In this document: positions 12,901 to 21,529 of the stretch, piece by piece | How positions within the stretch are numbered: position 1 is the stretch's first letter | Layout: each line of letters opens with the position of its first letter | Assembly (NCBI GenBank): GCA_039588295.1 | Contig: JBDHAB010000014.1 | Coordinates: 8,312 to 72,311 of the forward strand | Length of the DNA: 64,000 nt | DNA from: Gemmatimonadota bacterium | Lineage (GTDB): Bacteria > Gemmatimonadota > Gemmatimonadetes > Gemmatimonadales > GWC2-71-9 | Reading direction: 5' to 3' | The notes under the pieces: generated by a model | Database searches by the model: none | Seen by the model: the letters and a program-made list of their open reading frames with translations, nothing else | Told to the model about the DNA's origin: nothing | Position numbers and translations under genes: made by a program

Positions 12901-14850
12901 GGCGAAGGTGCCTCCGAGGCCACCCGTCGATGTTCCCATCGAGACACCGATTCCGCCGCCCGTACCCGTACCAACGACATCACCAAGGTTGATGTTGAAA
13001 TCACCAGCGTTGAAGTTGCCCGTGACATCACCCGTCGCCACCGTCACATCGGCGGTTGCGGCAGACAGAGCCGCCGTCGCCAACGAGATGGTGCCACTAC
13101 CAGAGGAGATGCCGACCGAGGTCGTACCGAGAAGGTTGCCGATGGCGACGGTGCGGCCCGTGGTCGTCCCCGCGCCAAGGGACACGTTCCCATCGTCCGC
13201 ATCCGAGCCGATCAGGATGTTGCCTCCACTGGAGTCGACGGTCAGGGCATCCGTGGCCTGGAAATCCGCCGTTCCGGCCGAGATGAGATTCAGAGCTCCA
13301 CTCGTCACCGTCTGGAAGGTGGCGGCTGCACCGGTAGCCTGAACCGTCAACGCAGCGGCACGGTTGATGATGCCCGCGGTCTCCATGACCTCCAGGCCCG
13401 TGGCCGCAGAACCGACCGTGATGCCATTCAGGAAATCAGTGTCGACCTGATCGAAATCAGCGACATCGACATCCACCGAGTAATGGATTGTCGTCGTACC
13501 ACCACCGGAACCTTCGGTGACGGTGAAAAGATCCGCACTCAGCACATCCCCGAGAATCCACTCAAAGCCAGTACCCAGATCGATTGTGTTGCTGCTCAAC
13601 GTGGTGAACGCAACGCCAGCCTGGTTCGCGTAAACCGATTCGAGGGTGTCCACCACGGCGGCGCCGTCGGTGAAGCCATCCGACAGGAACCCTTCCTCGG
13701 GGCAGTCCTCGAACGCATCACGACGCACGTATGCGAAGTCGGCCGTCACCGTGGCAGCGAGATCGCCATCAGTGAGTTCCACGAGATCATCGTTGGTGCC
13801 ATTGCGAACCACCAAACTCATCTGGAGTTGGTCAGGGTCGATACCCGTGATCGTCGATCCATCGACGGCGCTCTGACACTGCATCAGACCAAAGACCTGG
13901 TCACCGTTGATATCCGTCAACAGTTCGCCATCGGCCGAATTGACCAGGACCGCCAGGCTCTTGGGCTGGAGAGGATTGGGGCCCGCAACCTCTTCAAGAC
14001 CGCTGGATCCGAAAGTTCCCGCCGTGGCGCACACGAGACCGAGAGTGGTCACGGCACCGATAGCAGCGGTTGTGGCGGTGGGAAGCTGGTCCGGAGACAG
14101 CACCAATGCGCCAACCCCTCCTCCGAGAGTGCTGCCGCCGCCTGCCAACGTACCGGCACCCCACGAGAGAGTGACGGCTATCTCGGTACTGGCGATCGAG
14201 TTACCGCCAGCTCCTTGAGTTTTTGCCGTACCGACGAGCGTCGTCGCGGTGATGGCCGACGAATAGACGGTCGGGTGAATGGTCGTCGCGAGCGCGTAGT
14301 CGGTGCCCGGAGTACCCGTAAGGTTGATCGCTCCGGCAAGGTTGGAAAGACTGAGCGCAGCGGATCCACCGATCTGCACGTTGCCGTCCACGTTTGTCAG
14401 CGTGGTCTGGAACGTGTAAGTCTTGACGTCGATCGTGACCGTATCGCCGTTGGAAACGTTGACTCCGGTCGAAGTCAGCGTGCCTGTCGCGGCACTCGCG
14501 GTCGGGATGTCGACCCCGACCCGACTGACGCGCTTGAGGATGCGCTTGCGCTCCAGGTCATGGAGATCGTCGTTGAGAGACTGGGAACCACGGATCGCTC
14601 CTCCCTCGAAAGTGACGGGAGCCGACAACGCTTGGTACCAATCGTTGCCCGCCTTCGTACCGTTGATGAGCATGTTGAGCTGACTGATCACCGCCTGGAA
14701 GTTGGCGGCGAGCGAATCGCCCGTCGTCTGCATCGCCCCAATAGAGCTGACAACCTGATCGTCGTAGTTGGTTGCGCCGCCGTCACCGAGAGCACCGCCG
14801 AGGTCAACGATTTGAATGAATGGATCGAGATGGGTCTTGCCGATAGCCAT
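6970..14850 (-). CDS. Giant 2626-aa Gly/Thr/Ala-rich tail fibre/adhesin-like protein
   Basis: Long open frame with beta-rich repeats; recurring TLESVY/DFAATY/TFQEVY blocks; C-terminal IYLNGLLL...DVVTISY module. Confidence 0.8.
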   Translation of the reverse strand: MAIGKTHLDPFIQIVDLGGALGDGGATNYDDQVVSSIGAMQTTGDSLAANFQAVISQLNMLINGTKAGNDWYQALSAPVTFEGGAIRGSQSLNDDLHDLERKRILKRVSRVGVDIPTASAATGTLTSTGVNVSNGDTVTIDVKTYTFQTTLTNVDGNVQIGGSAALSLSNLAGAINLTGTPGTDYALATTIHPTVYSSAITATTLVGTAKTQGAGGNSIASTEIAVTLSWGAGTLAGGGSTLGGGVGALVLSPDQLPTATTAAIGAVTTLGLVCATAGTFGSSGLEEVAGPNPLQPKSLAVLVNSADGELLTDINGDQVFGLMQCQSAVDGSTITGIDPDQLQMSLVVRNGTNDDLVELTDGDLAATVTADFAYVRRDAFEDCPEEGFLSDGFTDGAAVVDTLESVYANQAGVAFTTLSSNTIDLGTGFEWILGDVLSADLFTVTEGSGGGTTTIHYSVDVDVADFDQVDTDFLNGITVGSAATGLEVMETAGIINRAAALTVQATGAAATFQTVTSGALNLISAGTADFQATDALTVDSSGGNILIGSDADDGNVSLGAGTTTGRTVAIGNLLGTTSVGISSGSGTISLATAALSAATADVTVATGDVTGNFNAGDFNINLGDVVGTGTGGGIGVSMGTSTGGLGGTFAVSGGDGSTVDGGIILSTGDTATTGADVALTASQDVTATATRDVILTSGEEIFFDSGACILSSVGSDTSDHIRDSNLHHYFGAGGNGQNFITLNAQANTTGLSGGTVIVSAATTYTPGDTYSATTATTFTVDAGAPVLSVGDYIIAVGSNFECINGLYVVGAIADSLITIDTTPTYPWFKTAIQAEATASGTLLKADLCVMRCTGSGTWEVADGDSDSATSFVPLATAAGSDFAATYSASTGDDPMFVVTAADSSFNIAGEIDGTVTVMGLENGVMTAATAQPLLNLAGDDLNSGDLFTITNPSDEGAASAVIGTSGDGIGLIVDSTGTGNIAEFRDGSTNIAVWTAAGGIDFDMTSGSSFTVDALGAGAIDFTTVTGGFTVTSSGSTGGTIANDIAVVNADNTAAAVASAMFTAEATGATAVTTSNLDVYSNVTSTSGTGNVNIQADNGIAGASVVNVNTNTGSTTNTSNFSTGVNTNIVTMGSITGPSSTALNAGTGNMTLTTSGAESSGEVNTRILITNTSDSATAVALGEITVTGSGGSAATEANLVFDPVVVNATGTATANLHTSGSMSGIGVVNVGTAALAVSMELNLGNGAPVTTANLGSVTTTSATNIAGGPSGSVNVGTTTATDINTGTGGFANTIARGNATTGTEITDTSPGAVAVNGQHGWIIQMSNNDPTSDTAVGTYEATAGFMAYNNSTFGDAYVSWGAGSDGYDSAVDTTSGDVHIVSITGAGTGTSVSFTAGIGPATNAPSITVGVGEGATFTVGNFIAVFSSANLNNSKIFRIAGIAADVLTLYGVGGTPVTEAWLASNVVGGADASAAVREVELSIWRQNAGVFEFAEGVTGGVVTYTTVASGNSTFQEVYNTSSPNTPSFTTTAADGPFAIAGTIDSVLADMATITVPTHTTPTPTTALSITGTPNGSGSLVEVNGNSTESGTAFQVNNLLGDGPGVAILNTSSSHAFRCTDGILNHLTVGADGGFTVIPDSGADVTFTGSGAASAFETDGFETGTVKATSGTATTSTMLVEAENTSTGDATVTVTGSADGNGNTGTVTVLAESTNVTAGTATLNLEAERAGAGGGAITINMATTQGAAVNVGTGPFTQTAMFNTGAGVKSTTLGSENTSSDTTINAGSGDLDLNSGGNFTIDSITDSSITQTTAGGTAVLTFTVDNTGAAGVANLDLVATASNAAGGTPAVNIDATSALIGDPGVVNIQTQELGTVNVATGTVGANTANILTGVGVDNTLNVGNADADTTLNWTAGSSTAAAAEKGWTYNFPNKFLAQATQLDRNDTVAPGVARHEVSSFYLENQNEGNVALFSGTGNDAGVATNNYTISVVSSDTVDEITSFTNNGAATNPTAVLTTGGLYSVGEVLLVTDPGGSTFEENRGLFVVAGIAGTALTLDAAPGAGFEFFNNQVTSQTGLTATVRRATITAERVDTTGEVLVARAFNDIGLATYVNIVTAGGDLVSVVATTGGSSATQGSVSGDSFEWFINDAEFLEWSSATGGHRLLRFAPAVGADIVNIGEANLANGVTIAGGTAGILADATGPVSLDSTATASNFTITGAASSTLTLKTDVTTNGDLATTRLEAINSNGTAGSSIVSVQALRSGVGGGSATINIGEENSATLNLGTGAFTQAANFNTGAGIKTTTIGSTNTTSLTTVDGGTLGLDLNSTGSLTADGVGACNFTATSGNNTFATLTTGNVILNSVDSMDIDAGAAIDMLAVTTISIEATTAMSVDAGTTMAFTTANAADASGNIYAVTTGDSTAGTADGPDIRMTPGDGFTTGAHGEFQILGVQDNDEAFIALAATGGGSGNSKVYAGDTIPTHTAPGGSLFCLNTGAGATGNTLYVQIDASGGGDDGSTWEPITTSGTAVTKNFFQDTITGAGVGPSGNLSASDFTGGVIAVKPTTDFDFNFDAQIYLNGLLLMNAGGDVSSGVGNTIDVSAAGPTFSAGDVVTISYTQNATNTTA

Positions 14851-14882
14851 GGTGTGCTCTCCGGTACGCGCCTAAGCGCTTC

Positions 14883-15599
14883 CTACTCAGGCAGATACCT
14901 GATCGTGATGAGGTCACTCGTGGGAGGGGTGACGGTGAAAGTAATTGTCGCGCTAGCTCCGCCAAAAACGACCGTGTAATCGTCGCCGCCGCCTTCCCTC
15001 TGCAGCACGCCGTTCCAAAAAACAGCGAGGTTCTCGACCCCGAGCGCAACGGGATCGTCGAACACTGCGCGACTGGTAATGAACGACGCCGCCCCAACCG
15101 ATACAAAGTTTTCGAATACCGAGGGTCCCATCGGGCACCAACCCGTGTTGCCCGCTCCGGCCTGCTTGCTGTACAGCGCGTTCCCTGCTCCGCCATCCGT
15201 GCGGCAGTAGATCGTGCTGATGGGCGCGACCTCGGAACCTTCGGGAGAACCAGATCCTTCACGAAGATGGCTCAGTGTCAGGCTTCCAGTAATTTCCAGA
15301 TCGCCGTTGATCTTGACGATGCCCGGAACCCCTCCGCCGAACCCCATTCCTGGCGTGAGCTCGATGTTGCCGCCATTAAAAAGGCCGCCACCAGCGTCAC
15401 TGCCGAAAAGGTTGAGAACACCCCCCGCACCAGCCGGGTTGTCCTCCGCGACAATCCCGTCCGAGGACGTGACAACGTCGAACTGGATGTCGTTGCCGCC
15501 GGTGAAATTACCGACCCCCAACACAGTATCCAGATCTCCAACACCACCTCCGCCGGTGCTAACCAGGCGGACTGCCTCGTAGTTGGTTGCTTGGACCAT
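14883..15599 (-). CDS. Small fibre-related structural protein
   Basis: Shares LDTVLGVGNFTGG, GSGSPEG...YCRTDGG...W and VFWNGVLQ motifs with the giant neighbours. Confidence 0.7.
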   Translation of the reverse strand: MVQATNYEAVRLVSTGGGGVGDLDTVLGVGNFTGGNDIQFDVVTSSDGIVAEDNPAGAGGVLNLFGSDAGGGLFNGGNIELTPGMGFGGGVPGIVKINGDLEITGSLTLSHLREGSGSPEGSEVAPISTIYCRTDGGAGNALYSKQAGAGNTGWCPMGPSVFENFVSVGAASFITSRAVFDDPVALGVENLAVFWNGVLQREGGGDDYTVVFGGASATITFTVTPPTSDLITIRYLPE

Positions 15600-15689
15600 C
15601 AGTCGCCTCTGGTAGAGGACCCCCTATCAACCGAAAACCGAGGGTCCTTCTATTGGGGCGCCCGATAGGCAAATCAGCGACACAACACG

Positions 15690-15724
15690 AAAAAAGCGCA
15701 CCCCGCGGTCATGCGGAGTGCGCT
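15690..15724 (-). terminator. Rho-independent terminator
   Basis: Minus strand AGCGCACTCCGC-ATGACC-GCGGGGTGCGCT followed by a T-run, just after the 15750 stop. Confidence 0.7.
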
Positions 15725-15749
15725 CGATGCGTCGAACCGGGGCTGATTT

Positions 15750-16562
15750 TTACGCGGCGATCACTTGCGGAACGTGAATCTTGTACTTGCGCAACTTTTC
15801 GCGAAGTATCTCGGTCTGCCGAGTGGTCGGAGATTTTCCATTGCGGACTCGACTACGCACGTTGCCGCTCGCGAACTTGACGGTCCACTCATCCTTGGCC
15901 CCTTCCGCCCTCGCTTCCAACCGATCCAGTGCGTGGGACAACGCCAACTGCTCACGGCCCGTCAACCCTTTGGTCGATGCGCGGGGAGTTCCCGTTTTCT
16001 TGCTCGGCTTCTTGCTGGATTTGCGTCGAGGGTTGACGAACTTCCAAACGGCCGTCTCCTGGTTCGGCGTCAGCCACTTTCCATCGAGCACCGCGTTGCG
16101 GCAGTCCACCAGGATGTTGAAGTTGAAGTAGTCACGAACGCCTTCGATGCGAGCTACCCACTCCTGCGCGTACTCAGCCTGAGTCTGTTGCGCGAGCAGG
16201 TTGTAGTGATCGCGGTTTCGTTTGAAGGACGCGAACATCTCCTTGAGAGCGGTGCGCCAGTTGAGGAGCCACCCCTTCGTTCGGTTGCACTTTCGGAAGT
16301 TCGCGTCGTCGGGAGCACCAGGAGCCTTGCGAAGGCTACGTCCAGTGTGCCGACTGACCAACGTCATCTTGCAGGAGGCATCTCCCGCGGCCATGACCTT
16401 GCTCGTGCGACCAATCGACGAGCTCACCTTCACGGAAACGTGACGGGATAGAGGACACAGGTAGATGCCCTGCGTCTTCTCGTCGCGCTCGAACACGGGG
16501 CAGATATCGAACAGCCAGTCCTCGAACTGGAGGCGAGTGATCTTCACGTAGGTCGCAGCCAT
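15750..16562 (-). CDS. Hypothetical basic protein
   Basis: Start MAATYVKITR with GAGGAG upstream; followed by a terminator. Confidence 0.7.
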   Translation of the reverse strand: MAATYVKITRLQFEDWLFDICPVFERDEKTQGIYLCPLSRHVSVKVSSSIGRTSKVMAAGDASCKMTLVSRHTGRSLRKAPGAPDDANFRKCNRTKGWLLNWRTALKEMFASFKRNRDHYNLLAQQTQAEYAQEWVARIEGVRDYFNFNILVDCRNAVLDGKWLTPNQETAVWKFVNPRRKSSKKPSKKTGTPRASTKGLTGREQLALSHALDRLEARAEGAKDEWTVKFASGNVRSRVRNGKSPTTRQTEILREKLRKYKIHVPQVIAA

Positions 16563-16620
16563 GCCTTCTCCTCGGGAGATACACGGAGAGACCGCAGATT
16601 TTACATGGCCTTCGTGAAAT

Positions 16621-17448
16621 TCAACGACGGCGCTGGAACGGCCCGTTTTCGGCGAATTCCTGGGCCATAGACCACCCCTGACGGGGGTTTCGCAAGCGCG
16701 GAGCACGCAACGGGAAATCAGCAAGCTCACGCGCAAGGCCCATGGGCACATCGCGCAGTATCCACAGGTCGAACGGAGGGTCGGTCTGGTACGTCCACCA
16801 GCGCGGCGTCCGGACGCCCACCTTCCGAGCGTCGCGTGCCCCCAGGAGCTCCCTGTTGGCTCTCACGGCAGCTACCATGTCCACGGTCGGAGCAGCCGTG
16901 TGGATGCAGCTCGCGTGCTTGCAACCGCACCCTCCGCCCGGTGACGAGCTTTGTTGCTGCGGGTCTTCGACCTGCGCGGATACGAACGAACCATCGTCAA
17001 AATAGATGTCCGCCGTGCCGACCTGGCGAACGATCCGCTCTACGCGACGACCGATCTGCGGAAGACTGGTAGCGTCGTTCATGAGACACGCGATGGCCTT
17101 GCGCACCGCGGCCTTCTTGGTGTCCATCCAGTCGGCAGCGGGCTCAGCCCAATTGGTGTCCTCACTGTCACCGCCGTCCTCAACGTCGTCTTCTTGAGGC
17201 TGGTCCTCTTCGTCGTAGGCCAACCACTCCGCTGCGACACGGCGCGCTAGTAGCTTCGGATGGTCAGACGCAGGTGACCCACTCCGCCCGGAACTCCCAC
17301 CGTCGTCCGTAGCTTGTACGGATTGTTGGGGTTCATCGGAGGCACGACGATCCGCGACGGTTTCCGACGCCCTCCCACGATCTTCTTGGGCTTTTTGGAT
17401 TTGGCTTCGGGCATAGCGCTCGGCCACTCGCTGAACCACGGAGGGCAT
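16621..17448 (-). CDS. Hypothetical protein with SWIM-like CxC...CxH motif
   Basis: CGCKHASCIH; acidic linker; CCCCTATAG motif upstream. Confidence 0.6.
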   Translation of the reverse strand: MPSVVQRVAERYARSQIQKAQEDRGRASETVADRRASDEPQQSVQATDDGGSSGRSGSPASDHPKLLARRVAAEWLAYDEEDQPQEDDVEDGGDSEDTNWAEPAADWMDTKKAAVRKAIACLMNDATSLPQIGRRVERIVRQVGTADIYFDDGSFVSAQVEDPQQQSSSPGGGCGCKHASCIHTAAPTVDMVAAVRANRELLGARDARKVGVRTPRWWTYQTDPPFDLWILRDVPMGLARELADFPLRAPRLRNPRQGWSMAQEFAENGPFQRRR

Positions 17449-17478
17449 CCTTCTAAGAGAAGCCCAGCTATAGGGGCT

Positions 17479-18087
17479 TCACCGCCCAGTGGCTTTCTTC
17501 TTCTTCTCAGTGGCTTTGCGGGCTTCTGCGGCCGTTATTTCACGAACCGCCTTCTCACCAGCCCTCGTCTGGGCAAGTAGCCGTTGGCCTTGGAGATCGA
17601 GGTGCATGTTGCCTTGGCGCGTGGTCAGACCGACCTGTTTCGCCTTCACCTCTTTGACGATGGCCGGATCGATGTGGTCAATGCCGATGTCGAGCGCGAA
17701 GTCGTTGAAAGCTCCCGCCACAATCTGGATCGGTTTGCCGTAGGACTCGGTCGGCATCCGGTGTTGGTACAAGAGATGGCCCAGTGCCCAGAGCTCCATG
17801 TCGAAGTACCAGTTCGGCGTCGGCACGGCGGGAGCGTTGTAGTCCAACCGGAACGTGAACGAGATCCGTTTATCACCGATGGTGACGATGGACTCTCCTT
17901 GGTAGAGACCGGGCCCTGGATACTTGCCGACCTTGAACCCGGTGAGGGTGAGCCCAAGATCCTTGACGACGAGTTTGTACTCACCGGCGTCTGCGAGACG
18001 GAACAGGACTTCCATCTCGTCGTCGGTCAAAGGCACGTACATACCGTGCGGGTTCTTCCCTCCGAAGGGATTTCGTTTCTCGTCCAT
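17479..18087 (-). CDS. Hypothetical protein
   Basis: 202-aa ORF overlapping the upstream stop. Confidence 0.7.
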   Translation of the reverse strand: MDEKRNPFGGKNPHGMYVPLTDDEMEVLFRLADAGEYKLVVKDLGLTLTGFKVGKYPGPGLYQGESIVTIGDKRISFTFRLDYNAPAVPTPNWYFDMELWALGHLLYQHRMPTESYGKPIQIVAGAFNDFALDIGIDHIDPAIVKEVKAKQVGLTTRQGNMHLDLQGQRLLAQTRAGEKAVREITAAEARKATEKKKKATGR

Positions 18088-18536
18088 CAGTTATCTCCGG
18101 TCAATGACACGTAGCAGGCTCGTGTACGGCCCTGGCGAAATCCCTCGAAGAACGTGACCTCCATCCCCGGCATGGGGAGGCGTCCGTCGGTCATCTCCGA
18201 CCTGTGCAAATAGTGAGAGCGGCCATCCTCGGTCTTGATGAAACCGTACCCACGAGACTCGTTGAAGTCCTCGACGACCCCGAAAGATGCCCTCGGCTCG
18301 CTGAGTCGGTAAATGTGTCGAGCCTTGGGAGCTTTCCCGTTGCTCGGGCCTCCGGGGTCGTACTCGACATCGACCTCCTCTCCGATGATGGGAGGAGGGT
18401 GAGTTCGGTAGTCGCCCCACACGAAGGCGCGAATGTGAAAAAAGACCTGCTGTCCCGACTCGTCAACGGCGAATCCGAATAGTTGCTTCGGCAGGTACTT
18501 CAGCACCCGCATCCGTTGGCGGACGAGGTTTCCCAC
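18087..18536 (-). CDS. Tandem cold-shock-domain protein
   Basis: Two CSD signatures: LFGFA...VFFHIRAF and FNESRGYGFIKTEDGRSHYLHRSEM. Confidence 0.85.
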   Translation of the reverse strand: MGNLVRQRMRVLKYLPKQLFGFAVDESGQQVFFHIRAFVWGDYRTHPPPIIGEEVDVEYDPGGPSNGKAPKARHIYRLSEPRASFGVVEDFNESRGYGFIKTEDGRSHYLHRSEMTDGRLPMPGMEVTFFEGFRQGRTRACYVSLTGDN

Positions 18537-18566
18537 AGCGCAAAAAATCCGGGAGCTCCCGGCGGT

Positions 18567-18947
18567 TTAGAGCACTGCTCCGACTACCGCCTTCAAGATC
18601 GTACCGAGAGTTTGGCCAATCGCGCGGAGCCACTTACGGGCCCGCTCTTTGCGCTCCATCTCAGCTCGTTGAAGTTGAGCCACCAGGTTGCTGGCGATCA
18701 GGATGTTCTTGGTGACCTTCCGAATATCGGTGTCGTCACCATCCAACATCCTCTCCACCGCATTTTGGGCCATTTGGAAGCCCTCGGGCCCGTGGCGCCG
18801 AGCACCGTCAGCCATGAGATCGAGGATGGTTCGCTTCCAGGGTTCATCGGCCTCGGCGGCCTCTTTGTCGAGGACTCCTGCGAGCTCCTCGACTCCCTTT
18901 TCACCAATCTTCGAGGTCAGGTTCGACAATTTCCGCTTGTACGACAT
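18567..18947 (-). CDS. Hypothetical helical protein
   Basis: Start MSYKRKLS; amphipathic C-terminus. Confidence 0.6.
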   Translation of the reverse strand: MSYKRKLSNLTSKIGEKGVEELAGVLDKEAAEADEPWKRTILDLMADGARRHGPEGFQMAQNAVERMLDGDDTDIRKVTKNILIASNLVAQLQRAEMERKERARKWLRAIGQTLGTILKAVVGAVL

Positions 18948-18954
18948 TGTTTGA

Positions 18955-19335
18955 TCAGCCCTCCGGGCAGAGTGAAGCCATGTCGTCCTCGGAGACGGGC
19001 GGCTCCTCGCCAGGGTTCTCTTCGGTGAGGCCACCGAGGTACATCATCGCGTCGACGTGCCACTTGAGACGCGCACGCATCGTCACGACATTGAGCGCAG
19101 ATGTCTCACATACCTCGTTGTTCCAGTTGCCGTCCTCGTCACAGGAACAGGACCCATCCGCGATGTGCTCCGCGAGCAGTTCCGTGTCCTGCTCGATGAC
19201 CATCTCGAACAGGTAAATCTCGTTCTTGTAGGTATCCGGGTCACGCAGGATGACCTTCGGCTTCTTGCAGCCGGTGGTCATCCCAAGCGACGCCGTAACA
19301 ACAGCTCCGAGCACGATGTACTTTACCCATCTCAT
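18955..19335 (-). CDS. Putative lipoprotein
   Basis: Signal peptide ending GMTTG-C; GGAGG upstream. Confidence 0.65.
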   Translation of the reverse strand: MRWVKYIVLGAVVTASLGMTTGCKKPKVILRDPDTYKNEIYLFEMVIEQDTELLAEHIADGSCSCDEDGNWNNEVCETSALNVVTMRARLKWHVDAMMYLGGLTEENPGEEPPVSEDDMASLCPEG

Positions 19336-19349
19336 GACGGCGCACCCTC

Positions 19350-19844
19350 CTACTTGGAAGCCTTTTTCTCGGCCTTCTTGATCTGTTTGATGATCCAGTC
19401 CTTGGTGTCACGCGAGTTGACGGACAGATCGAGCTTCTTCGCGATCTTGTAGAGCTTGTCCCGCTTGTCGTCGGGCGACCACTTCGGGAATTTCGGCTTC
19501 GCGGCTTTCTTCGCGGCCTTCTTGGCAGGCTTCTTGACGGCCTTGGCGGCTTTCTTCGCGGCCTTCTTGGCAGTCTTCTTGGCTGCTTTCTTCGTGGTCT
19601 TCTTTGCCGTCTTGGCAACCGTCTTGGCCGCCTTGTCGGTTTCCTTCTTCTTGGCCGCCTCTTCCTTCTTCTTGGCAGCGGCCCGCATCTTGTCGTCCTT
19701 GGCGCGCACTTCCGCAGCCGCCTTTTCAGCCTTTGCGGATTCCTTCTGGCGGTCCTCTTCCGACTTGGGACGAACCGTGACAGCTCGCTGTTGCGTCACA
19801 CGCTTGCGAACGTTGCCGTACATGGGAGGTACAAATCGTGGCAT
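19350..19844 (-). CDS. Histone H1-like Lys/Ala-rich protein with C-terminal helix-extension-helix domain
   Basis: KKAAKKTAKKAAKK repeats; DKLYKIAKKLDLSVNSRDTKDWII. Confidence 0.75.
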   Translation of the reverse strand: MPRFVPPMYGNVRKRVTQQRAVTVRPKSEEDRQKESAKAEKAAAEVRAKDDKMRAAAKKKEEAAKKKETDKAAKTVAKTAKKTTKKAAKKTAKKAAKKAAKAVKKPAKKAAKKAAKPKFPKWSPDDKRDKLYKIAKKLDLSVNSRDTKDWIIKQIKKAEKKASK

Positions 19845-19845
19845 C

Positions 19846-20193
19846 TTACTTGTCTCCTTCTCCGTTGCTCATGTCGCCGTTGTTCGTGTCACCTTTGCCC
19901 ATGGTGATCTTCGCGACGCGAATGTACTTGTCGAGGGCAGCTTGTCCGAGGATGTATCCTGTTGCTAGAAAACCAGAAGTGACGGCGAGGACCATGAACG
20001 CCACGTTCTCACCAATCTTGGCCATCTCCTGCTCGTAGATCATCGCCCCCATCAGGACAAAGAACCCCAGCTCGGTCGCCATGAAGGCAATGAACTTCTT
20101 CGACTGCCACCACGCTTTCTCGTGCGCGTGGTCAGCAGGCTCGATCATCTTCTCGATGACCGTGTTGCCCGGGGAGGAGTCTTCGTCAGCCAT
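19846..20193 (-). CDS. Holin-like two-TM membrane protein
   Basis: WWQSKKF followed by two hydrophobic helices and YILGQAALD. Confidence 0.55.
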   Translation of the reverse strand: MADEDSSPGNTVIEKMIEPADHAHEKAWWQSKKFIAFMATELGFFVLMGAMIYEQEMAKIGENVAFMVLAVTSGFLATGYILGQAALDKYIRVAKITMGKGDTNNGDMSNGEGDK

Positions 20194-20648
20194 CACTTGC
20201 ATCCTTGCGGTTGCCGTTTGGGGGCCAGATGCGGTGGCATGTTCACGACTTGCGAGACGTGTCCCACAGGAAGCCTGAGCCCACCGCCGCGCCCGGCCGT
20301 ATGGACCGGGATGTTGTTCATCCGCCGCTGGAACGTGTCTTCGTAGTCCGTCTCACAGACCACGAGCCCCGTCAGGAACGGATTGTCCTCGAACAGGATA
20401 TCGAAACGTTCCTTCTCACACGGAAATAGCGACGGATACAGCAGACAGAAGTCGTCGCGAGCTTTTTGCGAATGCTGAATCGCGTGGAGAATGAAGCAGT
20501 CTTGGAGCCGGATGGGGTTATCCGGGTCGCACTCGCAGCCTTTGAGCTCGTTACGCCCCGACTCCGGCAAAATCCAGAAGTTCGATATGCAAGTGCATGG
20601 ATGCTGCGTGCACTGGGCGCAGACCCGGCAGTTGTTTATCAACGCCAT
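20193..20648 (-). CDS. Cys-rich hypothetical protein
   Basis: 151-aa ORF; TGATG coupling to the next gene. Confidence 0.55.
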   Translation of the reverse strand: MALINNCRVCAQCTQHPCTCISNFWILPESGRNELKGCECDPDNPIRLQDCFILHAIQHSQKARDDFCLLYPSLFPCEKERFDILFEDNPFLTGLVVCETDYEDTFQRRMNNIPVHTAGRGGGLRLPVGHVSQVVNMPPHLAPKRQPQGCK

Positions 20649-20677
20649 CTACCAAATAGGGGCCCATAGGACGATTC

Positions 20678-21523
20678 TCACTGCTTGGGCGGATCAGAGT
20701 TCAGGAGCTCCCCGATGTCCACGCCTTTGCTCTCCTTGTGGAGCTGACGCAGATTCGGCTTCGTCCCCTCTTCGGCCTGTAATTTCGCAGGTTTGGCCGC
20801 TTTTGCCGGGGCCGGCTCGACCTCCTCTGCGGGCTCGGCACTGACCACGACCGGCTTCGAAACCGCTTCCGACGTTTTCACGAATCCACGCTTTTTGGGC
20901 GCCGGCTTCGGAGATTCAGGAACGGGAGACACCCGGGTCTCATCGGGCCCGGCAGACATCGGTCCTGGATCATCGTCCGGAGGGTCGTTGGCCGTCTGGA
21001 TCGCAACGTCCTTCTTCTTGGTCTTTCGCTTGGAGCCCTTCTTGGCTGCTTTCGCCTTGATCTCCCCGCTTTCGACCTTCTCCAGATACTCCGCGATGCT
21101 CTTGCGCTTGATCCCGAGTTCCTCGGGAATCTCGACCCCGAGCTTTGCCGCTTTGGCCCGCAGCTCGGGCATCAACGGCACCTTGCGACTAGGCTCCTGG
21201 GGGGCCCGGATGTGCCGCGCAGGGTGCTCCTCGTAGCTGATGTAGAGCTCGACCTGGCCGTTCTCGGTGACCGCGATCTCGGCGTTCCCACGCCGGTTCA
21301 GCTTGGTAGCGAGGTGCTCGGCGATGATGGCCGCAAACTCGTTCCCTTCGAGCAAAAGATTGGCCCGTTGGACTACAGCCTCAAGTTGAGCGGCAGCGCG
21401 GAACAGAGCATCTCCGAGGAGAAGTTCTTCGTCACCGATGGTTTGATGTTCGCCGGTGCTGTTGAGCACCTGACGAGCAAGAGCTTCATCGACCGGACCA
21501 GAGTATGGTTTTGCCTTCGGCAT
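20678..21523 (-). CDS. Hypothetical protein
   Basis: 281-aa ORF; GAGG upstream; low-complexity C-terminus. Confidence 0.7.
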   Translation of the reverse strand: MPKAKPYSGPVDEALARQVLNSTGEHQTIGDEELLLGDALFRAAAQLEAVVQRANLLLEGNEFAAIIAEHLATKLNRRGNAEIAVTENGQVELYISYEEHPARHIRAPQEPSRKVPLMPELRAKAAKLGVEIPEELGIKRKSIAEYLEKVESGEIKAKAAKKGSKRKTKKKDVAIQTANDPPDDDPGPMSAGPDETRVSPVPESPKPAPKKRGFVKTSEAVSKPVVVSAEPAEEVEPAPAKAAKPAKLQAEEGTKPNLRQLHKESKGVDIGELLNSDPPKQ

Positions 21524-21529
21524 TTTTCC

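Noticed and set aside
976..14979. Long plus-strand ORFs (976-1953, 3220-5316, 3236-4762, 9976-11835, 12667-14979)
   Set aside because: Antisense shadows of the GC-rich fibre genes; Arg- or Pro-rich with no motifs.
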